Positions 10,314 through 21,376 of a stretch of 64,000 bases of DNA are shown one piece after another. The stretch spans positions 67,067-131,066 of the forward strand of contig MFIU01000004.1 of the NCBI GenBank assembly GCA_001778985.1, written 5' to 3'. This DNA is from Candidatus Giovannonibacteria bacterium RIFOXYD1_FULL_48_21 (GTDB taxonomy: Bacteria; Patescibacteriota; Minisyncoccia; JACPKW01; UBA11713). Under the pieces are notes generated by a model. It was not told the origin of the DNA and ran no database searches. It saw nothing but the letters and a program-made list of their open reading frames with translations. Made by a program: the position numbers and the translations under genes. How positions within the stretch are numbered: position 1 is the first letter of the stretch; the number at the start of each line of letters is the position of its first letter.

Positions 10314-10340
10314 CTAGCACTTTCAGTGCTAGACTGCTAA
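10314..10340. promoter_or_regulatory. CIRCE element (HrcA operator)
   Basis: Minus strand TTAGCAGTC-N9-AAGTGCTAG versus consensus TTAGCACTC-N9-GAGTGCTAA, upstream of groES. Confidence 0.85.
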
Positions 10341-10449
10341 TTCTCTATTTTAGGCAAGTCCAAAGCATTGTCAAGCCATTGAATAGAAAGCGGTAGATTT
10401 GACAACCTTTATATTATCTACTATAACTGGAAAAAAGGAGGTATAGATC

Positions 10450-10689
10450 ATGAAAAAGAAAAGAAAGGTGTGGTGTTTTGCTCTTCTCATTAAGTTTCGA
10501 AAGTCTGGGCTTTTGGCCATCCATAAGGTGGGGGCGTTTAATAAAATAGACGCCTTACGCATCTTTCGTACTCTCCATGATATGCGCCCCTTAAAAATTA
10601 AGAATGTGTGGCGGGAAGGCATAACAAATGTCGAGTATGGATTGATAGAAGGAGGTTCCCAAGTTATCAAGTTCACGAAATCTCGCTAG
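10450..10689 (+). CDS. hypothetical basic protein
   Basis: AAGGAGG SD before ATG; 79 aa. Confidence 0.55.
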   Translation: MKKKRKVWCFALLIKFRKSGLLAIHKVGAFNKIDALRIFRTLHDMRPLKIKNVWREGITNVEYGLIEGGSQVIKFTKSR

Positions 10690-10739
10690 GGGTTTACTGC
10701 AAAGGAGGTGTCAAATCAACCCAAAAGGAGGAGACGACA

Positions 10740-10877
10740 ATGATCTTTGAGGCAATTTGTTGGATAGCATTGCTGGTGTGGGGCTCCACATTCGTAATAT
10801 CGGTGGCCTGCCCGCGCCTTGCTAGGCGTCTGCTGGGGGAGGGAAGGTCTCTCTTCATCCCTCCAGAAGACATATAG
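10740..10877 (+). CDS. small hypothetical membrane protein
   Basis: AAGGAGG SD, ATG 10740, one TM (MIFEAICWIALLVWG...). Confidence 0.5.
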   Translation: MIFEAICWIALLVWGSTFVISVACPRLARRLLGEGRSLFIPPEDI

Positions 10878-10887
10878 AGCAGTGTAC

Positions 10888-11715
10888 CTAAGGGGCAGCA
10901 AACGGCCGTGCGTAAAAATCAGTATGCACGAGCCGTTTTCTTTTGCGCGTTATCTCGTGCGGATAATTTTTTATAGTAGCAAAGTCAAAGATATTTTCAG
11001 TTATCCCAAGTTTTGCCGCCAGATTTCTTGCCTTCTTCTCCCCACCGACGTAGTCAAAAACTTTTTTAACATTCCTCTGATATCTCCATTTTTCTAGCTT
11101 TCTGAGGGCTGAAAGAAGCTTTGTTACCTCTTGTTTCGATGGTGCCTTGAATCCTTGAGACATAAATCTTAAGCATGCAAATAGGTCTGCGGGGTGAGTA
11201 ATTTTATTTACGCGAAGACTTTTTTCTTTAAGATCGTGAATGGCATTTGGTAAGGCAATAATTTTTCTATGCCAATTTTTTGATGCCACATATTTTAAGG
11301 GGAGCGCGAAACCGTTAATGGTAAAATTAGAATGTGCGATTAGATTCTTTGTAACACTTTTCTCATTAGAAATATGAATATCAAGATAAATATAATCAGA
11401 AAGTTGTCTTGGGTTATTTACCTTTTTTCTCTTTAATGTAATTTCATCCTTTCTTTTCAGAAGACCGTACGTGAATCCAACCAATCTCAGTTTTTCGATG
11501 AATTTCTTTTTATTTCCGATAAACAGAATGTCGTAATCGCGTTGTGGCAGTTTCTTGTGAAAGAAATGATAATATAAGGCATTTCTTACCACGCCCCCAA
11601 CAACATAAATCTTGGTGTGTTTAGGAGCTGCTTGTATAACCTGCTTTAATATCTCGTTTGTCTTTGGATCCTGCATAAAGATTGGCGGATTGCCCGAAAA
11701 GTTTTTTCTGTCCAT
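10888..11715 (-). CDS. CCA-adding/poly(A) polymerase-like nucleotidyltransferase (short, divergent)
   Basis: VVGGVVRN...RDYD and SNFTIN resemble class II NTase head motifs. Confidence 0.7.
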   Translation of the reverse strand: MDRKNFSGNPPIFMQDPKTNEILKQVIQAAPKHTKIYVVGGVVRNALYYHFFHKKLPQRDYDILFIGNKKKFIEKLRLVGFTYGLLKRKDEITLKRKKVNNPRQLSDYIYLDIHISNEKSVTKNLIAHSNFTINGFALPLKYVASKNWHRKIIALPNAIHDLKEKSLRVNKITHPADLFACLRFMSQGFKAPSKQEVTKLLSALRKLEKWRYQRNVKKVFDYVGGEKKARNLAAKLGITENIFDFATIKNYPHEITRKRKRLVHTDFYARPFAAP

Positions 11716-11759
11716 ATGATTATTATATTCTGATTGCTAAATAAATAATGACCTTCTCC

Positions 11760-14573
11760 TTAAACTTTTTTAAGCCATGTTCCAGTCAAGGAGTTTTTGC
11801 TGTGTTTTAAATCCTCTGGAGTTCCCTCGGCTACAATGCGGCCGCCTTTGTCCCCGCCCTCCGGACCGAGGTCTAAAATCCAGTCGGCGTTTTTTAGAAC
11901 ATCAAGATTATGCTCAATCACCAAAACCGTGTTGCCTTTGTCAACGAGAGCCCGAAGAACTAATAAAAGTTTTCTAATATCTTCAAAATGAAGCCCGGTC
12001 GTGGGCTCGTCGAGAATATAAAGAGTTTTCCCCGTAGCTTTCTTGGCAAGCTCTGTGGCTAGCTTTACTCTTTGCGCCTCCCCTCCGGAAAGCGTGGTGG
12101 CTGATTGTCCCAATTTCATGTAACCAAGTCCGACTTCGTTCAGGGTTTCGAGGCGCTGGCGAACTTGAGGGATATTTTTAAAAAATTTAAGCGCCTCTTC
12201 GATGGAAAAATCCAGCACCTGGGCGATGTTCACGCCGTTATAATGAATCGCCAAAGATTCTTTGTTGTAGCGCGTCCCCTTGCACTCTTCGCATTCCACG
12301 TAAATATCGGGCAGAAAATACATTTCGATTTTTTTAACACCCTGGCCCTCGCAAACCTCGCATCGGCCGCCTTTGACGTTAAATGAGAAGCGTCCGGATT
12401 TGTAGCCGCGGCTTCTGGCTTCGCGGGTCTTCGCGAAAATTTCCCGGACGAAAGAGAAAGTTCCGGTGTAGGTCGCGGGATTGGAACGGGGCGTGCGGCC
12501 GATGGGCGACTGGTCCACCACCACGACTTTGTCCAAAAATTCCAAGCCTAAAATCTCATCATGCCTGCCGGGATTTTCCTTTGAACCGTAGAAATGCTTC
12601 AAAAGGGCAGTAGCCAAAATATCGTTGACTAAAGTGGACTTGCCGGAGCCGGAAACGCCGGAAACGCAGACGAATTTTTCCAAAGGAATATCAACCGAGA
12701 TATTTTTAAGATTATGTTCTTTTGCGCCTTTGATAATTAACTGAGGTCCGACCTCAGGGTTTTTTCGAGGTCGGACCTCTAATTTCCGGCGCCCTGCCAA
12801 ATAATCCGCAGTTAAAGTTTTAGCCCGCAGTAATCGGCGATATGTCCCCTCAAAAATAACCTGCCCTCCGTGTTTTCCGGCCCCGGGGCCCAAATCCAAA
12901 ATCCAATCAGCCTGGCGCATGGTTTCGCGGTCATGCTCCACGACCAAAATGGTGTTTCCATAATCGCGAAGTTTTTTCAGCGTCTGAATGAGGCGAGCGT
13001 GGTCGCGGGGATGAAGGCCAACCGAAGGCTCGTCCAGAACATAGATAACTCCGGAGAGGCCGGAGCCGATTTGGGTCGCCAATCTTACTCTCTGCGCCTC
13101 TCCTCCGGCCAGGGTAGTCGAGGAGCGGTCCAAGGTCAGATATTCCAGACCCACATCCAGCAAAAAACGAAGCCTGGCCGCGATTTCTTTTAAAAGCGGA
13201 GAGGCAATATTCGCACTCGCTTTTCCTTTTGAAAAATCTTTTTCAAGTTTTTTCACGAAACCCAGGGCAGATTCGGCGGATTCGGCCGCGAGATCCGCGA
13301 TATTCTTTCCCGCCATCAAGACCGAAAGAGCCTCTGGTTTCAACCTTTTGCCTTTACACTTCGGACAAGGCTCAAAAGTCATATAACGCTCGATCTCGGA
13401 GCGGGTCCATTCGGACTCGGTTTCTTTCCAGCGGCGCTCCAAATTCGGGATAACGCCTTCGTACCCGCCTGCCTGCCCGTCCCCATTAAGAATTAACTCC
13501 ACAACTTTTTTAGGGAGTTCTTTGACCGGAATCGAAAGCGAGAAGCCGTGTTTCTCCGCAAGGTCGGAAAGGGTGTACCAGTACCAGGACTGCCGGCCCA
13601 CGCGGTGCGAAGCTCTGGCCCAAGGAAAAATCGCGCCCTCCTCCAGGGTCAAATTTTTGTTAGGAAGGACCAGATTCGGGTCCACCTCCAAAGTGTGGCC
13701 GAGCCCGGTGCACTCGTCGCAGGCGCCGTAAGGCGAGTTGAATGAGAAAAGCCGCGGCTCAATCGGCGGGAGTGAACGTTCGCAGATAGGACAGGCGAAA
13801 TGCTCGGAGAAAAGATGGTCAGTGTATCCTTTTTCAATTTCAGTCGCGACCATCGCGATTCCATCGCCTTTGCGAAGCGCGGTTTCGAGCGAGTCCACCA
13901 AGCGCGAGCGCTCGGTCTCTTTGTCTAAAATCAACCTATCCACCACAACTTCCAAAGAATGCTTTTTCTTCGGGTCAAGTTTTTCTTCCAAAGCTTCTTC
14001 CAGCCGCATCACGATGCCGTCCAGCCTCACTCTTAAAAATCCTTCTCGGGCCAAAAGCGTCAGCTCCCGGCGGTGCTCTCCTTTTCTCTCGCGGACCAGC
14101 GGACCCAAAATCAAAATCGAGGAGCCCTGGGGCAATTCCAAAATTTTTTTTACCATCTGGTCCACGGACTGTCTTTGGACCTTGCGGCCGCATTGGGGGC
14201 AGTGCGGCTCGCCGAGCCTCGCGAACAAAATTCTAAGATAGTCGTAAATCTCGGTGATGGTCCCTACCGTGGAGCGCGGATTTTTGGAAACCGAGCGCTG
14301 GTCAATCGCTATCGCCGGTGAAAGCCCGGAGATTTCATCCACGTCCGGTTTTTCCGCGACGCCTAAGAACTGGCGGGCGTAAGAGGAAAGCGATTCCACG
14401 AATCTTCGCTCGGCCTCGGCGTAAATCGTGTCGAAAGCGAGCGAGGATTTTCCGGAACCCGAAAGCCCAGTGATGACCACGAGCTTATTTTTCGGAATAT
14501 CAACGCTGATATTCTTTAAATTGTGAACCCTCGCTCCCTTGATGCGTATGAAATCTTTCGACGGCAGAGCCAT
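11760..14573 (-). CDS. uvrA: excinuclease ABC subunit A
   Basis: Two ABC ATPase domains ([18 protein letters not shown]), Zn fingers. Confidence 0.99.
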   Translation of the reverse strand: MALPSKDFIRIKGARVHNLKNISVDIPKNKLVVITGLSGSGKSSLAFDTIYAEAERRFVESLSSYARQFLGVAEKPDVDEISGLSPAIAIDQRSVSKNPRSTVGTITEIYDYLRILFARLGEPHCPQCGRKVQRQSVDQMVKKILELPQGSSILILGPLVRERKGEHRRELTLLAREGFLRVRLDGIVMRLEEALEEKLDPKKKHSLEVVVDRLILDKETERSRLVDSLETALRKGDGIAMVATEIEKGYTDHLFSEHFACPICERSLPPIEPRLFSFNSPYGACDECTGLGHTLEVDPNLVLPNKNLTLEEGAIFPWARASHRVGRQSWYWYTLSDLAEKHGFSLSIPVKELPKKVVELILNGDGQAGGYEGVIPNLERRWKETESEWTRSEIERYMTFEPCPKCKGKRLKPEALSVLMAGKNIADLAAESAESALGFVKKLEKDFSKGKASANIASPLLKEIAARLRFLLDVGLEYLTLDRSSTTLAGGEAQRVRLATQIGSGLSGVIYVLDEPSVGLHPRDHARLIQTLKKLRDYGNTILVVEHDRETMRQADWILDLGPGAGKHGGQVIFEGTYRRLLRAKTLTADYLAGRRKLEVRPRKNPEVGPQLIIKGAKEHNLKNISVDIPLEKFVCVSGVSGSGKSTLVNDILATALLKHFYGSKENPGRHDEILGLEFLDKVVVVDQSPIGRTPRSNPATYTGTFSFVREIFAKTREARSRGYKSGRFSFNVKGGRCEVCEGQGVKKIEMYFLPDIYVECEECKGTRYNKESLAIHYNGVNIAQVLDFSIEEALKFFKNIPQVRQRLETLNEVGLGYMKLGQSATTLSGGEAQRVKLATELAKKATGKTLYILDEPTTGLHFEDIRKLLLVLRALVDKGNTVLVIEHNLDVLKNADWILDLGPEGGDKGGRIVAEGTPEDLKHSKNSLTGTWLKKV

Positions 14574-14702
14574 AAAGTTTTAATTATAGTCGGGATGTCA
14601 AGAGATTGCAACCTTTTTGGATATGCTTTCTGCTCCTTTTATTGTGGTCTCTCCTGCCGTTTCCGGGCTGGGCGCGAAAAATTTTCATGTTATCATCTCT
14701 TT

Positions 14703-15959
14703 ATGCTTTCGCGGAAAGATTTCAAAAAAGCGCCTAGCTCGCCGGGGATTTATTTTTTCTCCGCCAAAGGTGGAAAGATTCTCTACATCGGGAAGGCGGC
14801 GAATTTAAGATTGCGGCTTTTGAGCTACGCGGACACAAAAACCCTCGGGCCGGCCAAAGAAAAAATGCTCGAGGAGGCACCGAAAGTCGAATGGCGGGAG
14901 CTTGAATCCGAAGTGGAAGCGCTGATTGAAGAAGCGCTCGCTATAAAACAATATAAACCGCGCTACAACATTGTTTTTCGCGACGATAAACAATATCTTT
15001 TTGTGGGTTTCTCGAAAGAAAAATTTCCAAAAATAATTCCAACTCATCAAAAAAAGAAAAATTTTGAATATATCGGGCCGTTTACCGAGGGAGTATCTCT
15101 AAAAATAGTTTTAAAATCGCTCCAGAAAATATTTCCCTACTGTACATGCAAGGAAAAGCATAGGCGGCCCTGCGTTCGGGCCGAGATCGGACGTTGCCCT
15201 GGCTTTTGCTGCCTCAAAAATGTTGAACATTCAATGTTCAACATTAAAAGCTACCAAAAAAATGTTTCGGCGGTTAAAAACATCCTTCGCGGCAGAAAAC
15301 AAGATGTGCTTAAGACACTCGAAAAAGAAATGCACAGATTCTCCCAAATTCAAAACTTCGAGGAAGCCAGAAAAATCCGCGACCAAATCTTCGCTCTCGA
15401 AAACATTTTCAAGCACGCGCCAATCATCCGGCGGGAAATGAATCCGGAGCGTTTAAAAGCTTTGGTGCTCGCAAAAGAAATCCTGGGCCTGGCCGATGTT
15501 CCCCGAAGAATCGAGGGATATGATATTTCGAACATCCAAGGAACTAGTGCCGTGGGCTCAATGGTGGTCTTTGACAACGGCGAGCCCAAAAAAGAAGATT
15601 ATCGCTTGTTCAAAATTAGATTCAAAAAAACGCCCGATGATACTGCCATGCTCCAGGAAGTTTTAATACGCCGTCTTCGGCACGATGAATGGCCTCTGCC
15701 GGATTTGTTTTTAATAGACGGGGGTGTCGGGCAATTAAACGCCGCGCGAAAAGTTTTGGATTTATATCAGTTAAAAATTCCGGCAGTCGCGCTCGCAAAA
15801 CGCGAAGAGGAATTATGGCTAGGCTCGAGAAAATTTATTCCGCTGAAGCAGGTTTCGCCGGTTCTTTTGCATCTTTTCCAGCATATCCGTAACGAATCCC
15901 ACCGCTTCGCTATAACTTTCCACCGAAAGCGCCGTTCAAGATCATTATTGACGAAATAA
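14703..15959 (+). CDS. uvrC: excinuclease ABC subunit C (short, lacks C-terminal HhH)
   Basis: GIY-YIG (PGIY...YIGKA), UVR domain, RIEGYDIS, DGGVGQ; ATG 14703. Confidence 0.93.
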   Translation: MLSRKDFKKAPSSPGIYFFSAKGGKILYIGKAANLRLRLLSYADTKTLGPAKEKMLEEAPKVEWRELESEVEALIEEALAIKQYKPRYNIVFRDDKQYLFVGFSKEKFPKIIPTHQKKKNFEYIGPFTEGVSLKIVLKSLQKIFPYCTCKEKHRRPCVRAEIGRCPGFCCLKNVEHSMFNIKSYQKNVSAVKNILRGRKQDVLKTLEKEMHRFSQIQNFEEARKIRDQIFALENIFKHAPIIRREMNPERLKALVLAKEILGLADVPRRIEGYDISNIQGTSAVGSMVVFDNGEPKKEDYRLFKIRFKKTPDDTAMLQEVLIRRLRHDEWPLPDLFLIDGGVGQLNAARKVLDLYQLKIPAVALAKREEELWLGSRKFIPLKQVSPVLLHLFQHIRNESHRFAITFHRKRRSRSLLTK

Positions 15960-15983
15960 GCCCGCTGGGCTACACTTAAACCA

Positions 15984-16214
15984 ATGTCTTTTCTCGTTAA
16001 GGCTTTGCCCTACCTCGAGGTGGGGGTGGCGGTCCTCTTGGTTACGGCGATTCTGCTTCAGCAGCGAGGCTCGGGCCTCTCGGCGGCTTTCGGCGGCGAG
16101 GGCAATATTTACGCCACCAAGCGCGGACTCGAAAAAATTCTCTTCCGGACCACGATTGTTCTGGGAGCTTTATTTTTAATCCTGGCTTTTTTAAGCCTCG
16201 CTCTCCCCAAATAA
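15984..16214 (+). CDS. secG: preprotein translocase subunit SecG
   Basis: ILLQQRGSGLSAAFGG; two TMs. Confidence 0.95.
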   Translation: MSFLVKALPYLEVGVAVLLVTAILLQQRGSGLSAAFGGEGNIYATKRGLEKILFRTTIVLGALFLILAFLSLALPK

Positions 16215-16221
16215 TCAAGAC

Positions 16222-17943
16222 GTGAGAATAAATTTTCCGTCATCCGACCAACTCCGCTATACCTTGCGCCTGATGAATCCCCGCCAAAGAGCCTGGCTGG
16301 CAATACTCGTTATTTTGACGGCGGTGGGTTTTTTCGGAACGCTGAATAAATTGAACGAGCGCTTTTCGGTGCTGGTGCCGGAGAACGGCGGAAGCATCAC
16401 GGAGGGAATTATCGGCTCGCCGCACTTTATAAATCCGCTTCTCGCCATCGCCGACCCAGACCGCGACGTGACCAATCTGGTTTATGCCGGTCTGATGCGC
16501 TCGGACGGCAAGGGCAATCTGGCGCCGGAGCTCGCCGAAAGATACGAAATTTCTCCGGACGGCCTTTCCTACACCTTTTATTTAAGACCGGGGGCGACTT
16601 TTCACGACGGCGAAGCGGTAACGGCTGATGACGTCATCTTCACCATCGAGTCGGCCAGAAATCCAACGCTGAAAAGCACCGTCCGGGCCGGCTGGGAAGG
16701 CGTGGAGCTGGAAAAGGTTGACGTAAAAACCGTCCGCTTCTGGCTGAAGCGGCCCTATGCTCCCTTCCTTGAAAATACCACCGTAGGCATTCTGCCGGCC
16801 CATCTCTGGAAAAATATTCCGGTTGAACAAATGAGTCTTTCAGAACTAAATTTAGAACCAGTCGGCGCCGGTCCCTTCAAAATCACCAATCTCAAAACCG
16901 AGAAGAGCGGCATAACCAGCTCCTACACTTTGCGGTCCTTTTCTGATTATGTCGGGGAGGAGCCATACCTTCGCAAAATTACGCTGAAATTCTATCCTTC
17001 CGAAGTCGAACTCTTGAATGCCTATGAATCCAAGGAGGTTGACGCCATTTCGGCCATCTCGCCTCAAAACATTAAAAAAATCGGGAGGGGGGGCGGAGAG
17101 ATAAAAACTTTGACTCTGCCGCGGGTCTTCGGCGTATTTTTCAATCAAAACGAGAAATCTCTGTTCATCGAGAAGGAGGTGCGTCAAGCTCTGGAACTGG
17201 CGGTGGACAAAAATCAAATCGTCGCCGAAGTGCTGGGAGGCTACGCTCGCCAAATCTCCTCGCCCATTCCGCCGGGCAGTTTCGGAGCCCTGGAAACCGA
17301 AAACCGCGGACAAAACCTGGAAGAGGCCCGAGGGCTCCTCGAAAAAAATAAATGGAAATTCAACTCCGAAAAAAATATCTATGAAAAAACTGAAAAGAAC
17401 AAAGCAACCAAAGAATTAAGTTTTTCTCTGGCCACCTCCAACGCGCCGGACCTGGTGCGGAGCGCCGACCTTCTGAAGGCGAGTTGGGAAAAATTGGGCG
17501 CCAAGGTGGAAGTCAAAGTTTTCGAAATCGCCGACCTTAACCAAAATGTGATTCGGCCCAGAAAATACGACGCCCTCCTCTTCGGCGAGGTGGTGGGCCG
17601 CGACCCCGACCCTTTCGCCTTCTGGCATTCTTCCCAGCGCAATGACCCTGGACTCAACATTGCCCTTTACACCTCGGCGAAGGTGGACAAAATTTTGGAA
17701 GAGGCCCGCGGCCTCATCTCCCGCGAAGAGCGAACCAAAAAATATGAAGAGTTCCAGAAAGAAATCTTCCAGGACAACCCAGCCATCTTCCTTTATTCGC
17801 CCTCCTTCATCTATATTCTGCCCAAAACTCTAAAGGGTTTCGAAACCGAATATATCGTAACCCCGGCCGAAAGATTCACCAATGTTTTTAAGTGGCACTT
17901 TAACACCCGCTATGTCTGGAAAATCTTTTACAAGAACGATTAA
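16222..17943 (+). CDS. ABC transporter substrate-binding protein, family 5 (OppA/DppA-like)
   Basis: LAERYEISPDG.SYTFYLR...FHDG...TADDVIFT signature; PVGAGPF. Confidence 0.9.
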   Translation: MRINFPSSDQLRYTLRLMNPRQRAWLAILVILTAVGFFGTLNKLNERFSVLVPENGGSITEGIIGSPHFINPLLAIADPDRDVTNLVYAGLMRSDGKGNLAPELAERYEISPDGLSYTFYLRPGATFHDGEAVTADDVIFTIESARNPTLKSTVRAGWEGVELEKVDVKTVRFWLKRPYAPFLENTTVGILPAHLWKNIPVEQMSLSELNLEPVGAGPFKITNLKTEKSGITSSYTLRSFSDYVGEEPYLRKITLKFYPSEVELLNAYESKEVDAISAISPQNIKKIGRGGGEIKTLTLPRVFGVFFNQNEKSLFIEKEVRQALELAVDKNQIVAEVLGGYARQISSPIPPGSFGALETENRGQNLEEARGLLEKNKWKFNSEKNIYEKTEKNKATKELSFSLATSNAPDLVRSADLLKASWEKLGAKVEVKVFEIADLNQNVIRPRKYDALLFGEVVGRDPDPFAFWHSSQRNDPGLNIALYTSAKVDKILEEARGLISREERTKKYEEFQKEIFQDNPAIFLYSPSFIYILPKTLKGFETEYIVTPAERFTNVFKWHFNTRYVWKIFYKND

Positions 17944-18562
17944 GGAACTGTCTCCCGTACTCTTTGGGCCAGCAACAGGACCGGAACGCGTCGTATACGA
18001 GGTTCGGCGCGGAGAGGTGGACAAAAATACAAAAATCCGCTACGATACCACTACTATCTTCCCAGGCCTGTTGGGCCGGGAGCTCCCGAAGACCTTCGGC
18101 CACTACCACAAAGGGGTAGATTTTCCGGAACTCTACGTGGTACTGGAGGGCCGAGCCTGGTATCTAATCCAGCGGCCACAGAAAGCCAACCCGAAAATCA
18201 TCGAAGAAGTCTACCTCATAGAAGCGAAAGAAAATGAAAAAACCATAATACCGCCGGGGTTTGGACATGTCAGCATCAATCCTGAAAATAAAAAATTAAT
18301 CCTGGGCAACTGGATAGGAACTGGATTTGAATACGACTATCAAACGTACGAAAACTTGCGCGGAGCCTGCTACTATCTTTTGGAATCTAAGGGCAGACAG
18401 TCTGTAAATTTCGAAAAAAATTCATATTATGAAAAAATGCCAGAATTGGCAAAAGTACGTCCGCGAGAATTTCCAAAAGAATTGGAAAATTTGGAATTTC
18501 TAACAAAACCGGAAAAATATCTAGAAATTTTGACCATCGAAAATTGCTTCAAAAGAATGTAA
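17912..18562 (+). CDS. cupin-type (archaeal-like) glucose-6-phosphate isomerase
   Basis: KTFGHYH, PELY, PPGFGHVSIN; start uncertain. Confidence 0.8.
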   Translation: MSGKSFTRTIKELSPVLFGPATGPERVVYEVRRGEVDKNTKIRYDTTTIFPGLLGRELPKTFGHYHKGVDFPELYVVLEGRAWYLIQRPQKANPKIIEEVYLIEAKENEKTIIPPGFGHVSINPENKKLILGNWIGTGFEYDYQTYENLRGACYYLLESKGRQSVNFEKNSYYEKMPELAKVRPREFPKELENLEFLTKPEKYLEILTIENCFKRM

Positions 18563-18566
18563 CCTG

Positions 18567-18650
18567 GCCGCGGTGGCGGAACTGGTAGACGCACTAGCTT
18601 CAGGAGCTAGCGTTCGCAAGGACATGGGAGTTCGAATCTCCCCCGCGGCA
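18567..18650 (+). tRNA. tRNA-Leu(CAG)
   Basis: Cloverleaf, CTAGC-TT-CAG-GA-GCTAG, variable arm; CCA not encoded. Confidence 0.96.
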
Positions 18651-18652
18651 CT

Positions 18653-20350
18653 ATGACACCAACCAAACAAATCAAAAGAAAAGGGGATTTGAATTTGCGG
18701 TTCATTCCCCTTGGCGGCTGCGGAGAGGTAACCCGTTCCTGCTACGTCTACGAGTACGGGGACGACATCGTGATTATCGACATGGGGCTGCAATTCCCGG
18801 AAGAGGATATGCCGGGGATAGATTACATTATTCCCAATATTGAATACCTGCGGCCCAAAAAGAAAAATATCAGGGGAATAATCATCACCCACGGGCACTT
18901 AGACCACATCGGAGCAATCCCCCATCTCCTGGAACCGTTGGGTTACCCGGTGCTCTATACCATGCCCCTAACCCGCGGCATGATTTTGAAACGCCAGGAT
19001 GATTTTAAGGATTACGCCAAGCCGAAAGTCCAAACTATTGACGAGAATTCTAAGCTGAAACTGGGAGCTTTTGACATAGAATTTTTACACGTGAATCATA
19101 ATATTCCCGACTCTCTGGGCGTGGTGCTGAAAACCCCGGCCGGCACCGTGGTTCACACCGGCGACTGGAAATTTGACCACACTCCGGTAAATGAAAAGCC
19201 CGCGGACATGGCGCGCCTGAAAAGCCTCGGCGAGGCCGGAGTTTTGCTCCTGGTCTCGGATTCCACCGGAGCTAAAGACGCCGGCCGCACCATCTCCGAA
19301 TCCGAAATCCAAAAAAATCTCGAAGAAATTTTTCAGAAAGCGGACGGGCGCATTATTGCCGCGACTTTCTCCTCGCTCTTGACCAGAGTCCAGCAGTTAA
19401 TCTGGCTTTCCGAGCAATACGGAAGAAAGGTGCTGATTGAAGGCTATTCCATGAAGTCTAACGTGGCGGTGGCGCAGGAACTCGGCTATCTCAAAGTCCA
19501 GAAAGGAACATTCATCACCAAAGAAGAGTTTTCAAAACTTCCCCTGAATCAGGTAACCGTGATTTGCACCGGCGCGCAGGGCGAAGACCGGGCCGTACTG
19601 ATGCGGATTGCCAACGGAGAACACAAATACATTCAAGTGGACCCGAAAGATTCCATTTTATTTTCCTCGTCCGTGATTCCGGGAAACGAAGCCTCGGTCC
19701 AGCGCTTGAAAGACATTCTCTACAAAAAGGCGGGGAAAATTTACCACTCCGAGTCCATGGACATCCACGCCTCCGGGCACGCCAAAGGAGAAGACCTGAA
19801 AGATATGGTTCGCCTCATCAAGCCAAAATATTTCATACCCATGCACGGGAATTACTTTATGCTGCGCCTGCACGCTGAACTCGCCATGGAAGCCGGGGTA
19901 AAGCCGGCTCACGCCGCCATCGCCGAGGACGGCGAGATAATGGAGATGAGCGCCGAGCGCATCCATAAATTAAAAGAAAAAGCGCCTTCCAACTACATCA
20001 TGGTGGACGGGCTCGGCGTTGGAGATGTCAAAGAGGTGGTGCTCCGCGACCGCCAGATGCTTTCGGAAGACGGCATTTTCGTCATTATCGCCGTCGTGGA
20101 CTCCGCTTCCGGAAAGGTGAAGGGCTCGCCGGACATTATCTCCCGCGGTTTCGTGTATCTTCGTGAATCCAAAGAACTCCTCTCACAGGCGCGGCATGTG
20201 ATACGAAAAGTCATCGAAGAGGCCACGGCCGAAATGCACCCCATCAACTGGACTTTCCTCCGAAACGAGCTTCGCGAAGAGCTCGGCAAATTCCTTTTCC
20301 GCAAAACCGAACGCCGCCCAATGGTCCTGCCGGTGATAATCGAGGTCTAA
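18653..20350 (+). CDS. rnj: ribonuclease J
   Basis: THGHLDHIG, HTGDWK, HASGH metallo-beta-lactamase/beta-CASP motifs. Confidence 0.96.
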   Translation: MTPTKQIKRKGDLNLRFIPLGGCGEVTRSCYVYEYGDDIVIIDMGLQFPEEDMPGIDYIIPNIEYLRPKKKNIRGIIITHGHLDHIGAIPHLLEPLGYPVLYTMPLTRGMILKRQDDFKDYAKPKVQTIDENSKLKLGAFDIEFLHVNHNIPDSLGVVLKTPAGTVVHTGDWKFDHTPVNEKPADMARLKSLGEAGVLLLVSDSTGAKDAGRTISESEIQKNLEEIFQKADGRIIAATFSSLLTRVQQLIWLSEQYGRKVLIEGYSMKSNVAVAQELGYLKVQKGTFITKEEFSKLPLNQVTVICTGAQGEDRAVLMRIANGEHKYIQVDPKDSILFSSSVIPGNEASVQRLKDILYKKAGKIYHSESMDIHASGHAKGEDLKDMVRLIKPKYFIPMHGNYFMLRLHAELAMEAGVKPAHAAIAEDGEIMEMSAERIHKLKEKAPSNYIMVDGLGVGDVKEVVLRDRQMLSEDGIFVIIAVVDSASGKVKGSPDIISRGFVYLRESKELLSQARHVIRKVIEEATAEMHPINWTFLRNELREELGKFLFRKTERRPMVLPVIIEV

Positions 20351-20368
20351 ATCTGCTACAATAAAAAA

Positions 20369-21358
20369 ATGGCGAAAGAAATCGTAGTAAGCGGGGTGCG
20401 GCCGACCGGAGAGCTGCATCTTGGAAATTATCTCGGAGCGATAAAACAATTCGTAGAGCTTCAGGACAAATATAAAACTTTTTTCTTTATCGCTGACTTG
20501 CATGCCATCACCGAACCGCAAGACCCAAAAAAATTAGGAAGGCAGATTCTCGAAGTCGCGGCTTTGTACCTCGCCTGCGGGCTTGACCCAAAAAAAACAA
20601 CTCTCTTCATCCAGTCGCAAATCTCCGAACATCTCGAACTCTCTCATATCCTCGGAACGCTCACTCCGGTAGGCGAGCTGAATCGGATGACCCAATATAA
20701 GGAAAAAATTCAAGAAGGCCAGCCTGCGAATTTTGGTCTTTTTGCCTATCCGGTCTTAATGGCGGCGGATATTTTAGTTTACAATGCTGACGCGGTTCCG
20801 GTGGGCGAAGACCAAAGACAACATCTGGAATTCGCGAGAACCATCGCCCGAAAATTTAACTCCCGCTATGGGAAAATGTTCAGGGAGCCGAAAGCTCTGA
20901 CCCAGAAAACCGGAGCGCGCCTCATGGGCCTCGACGACCCTTCCAAAAAAATGTCCAAATCAGCGAAAAGTCCAGACAACTATATCGGGCTTCTGGATAA
21001 CTCTGACGAAATCCGGAGAAAAATTAGAGTCGCCGTGACTGACTCCGGACGCGAGATTAAATACGACTCGGACCGAAAACCGGCGATATCGAACCTACTT
21101 TCTATTTATAGTCTCATCGCCAACTTCCCTATTCCGGAGCTAGAAAAAAAATATAAGGACCGAGGCTACGCCGAGTTTAAAAAAGACCTGGGAGAAGTTC
21201 TAGTTCAAAAGCTCTCCTCCATCCAGAAACAATATCGGGCGCTCGCGAAAAACCAGCAAAAAATTAAAAAAATCCTCGAAGACGGGGCAAAAGAGGCAAG
21301 AAAAACGGCCGGGAAAACTATGTCCGAAGTCCGCCGCAAAATCGGATTTCTCGGCTAA
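20369..21358 (+). CDS. trpS: tryptophan--tRNA ligase
   Basis: HLGN, KMSKS, VPVGEDQ. Confidence 0.98.
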   Translation: MAKEIVVSGVRPTGELHLGNYLGAIKQFVELQDKYKTFFFIADLHAITEPQDPKKLGRQILEVAALYLACGLDPKKTTLFIQSQISEHLELSHILGTLTPVGELNRMTQYKEKIQEGQPANFGLFAYPVLMAADILVYNADAVPVGEDQRQHLEFARTIARKFNSRYGKMFREPKALTQKTGARLMGLDDPSKKMSKSAKSPDNYIGLLDNSDEIRRKIRVAVTDSGREIKYDSDRKPAISNLLSIYSLIANFPIPELEKKYKDRGYAEFKKDLGEVLVQKLSSIQKQYRALAKNQQKIKKILEDGAKEARKTAGKTMSEVRRKIGFLG

Positions 21359-21376
21359 GCCCCGCTAAGCGGGGCT
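21358..21376. terminator. hairpin between convergent trpS and phosphomannomutase
   Basis: AGCCCCGC-TAA-GCGGGGCT. Confidence 0.6.
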
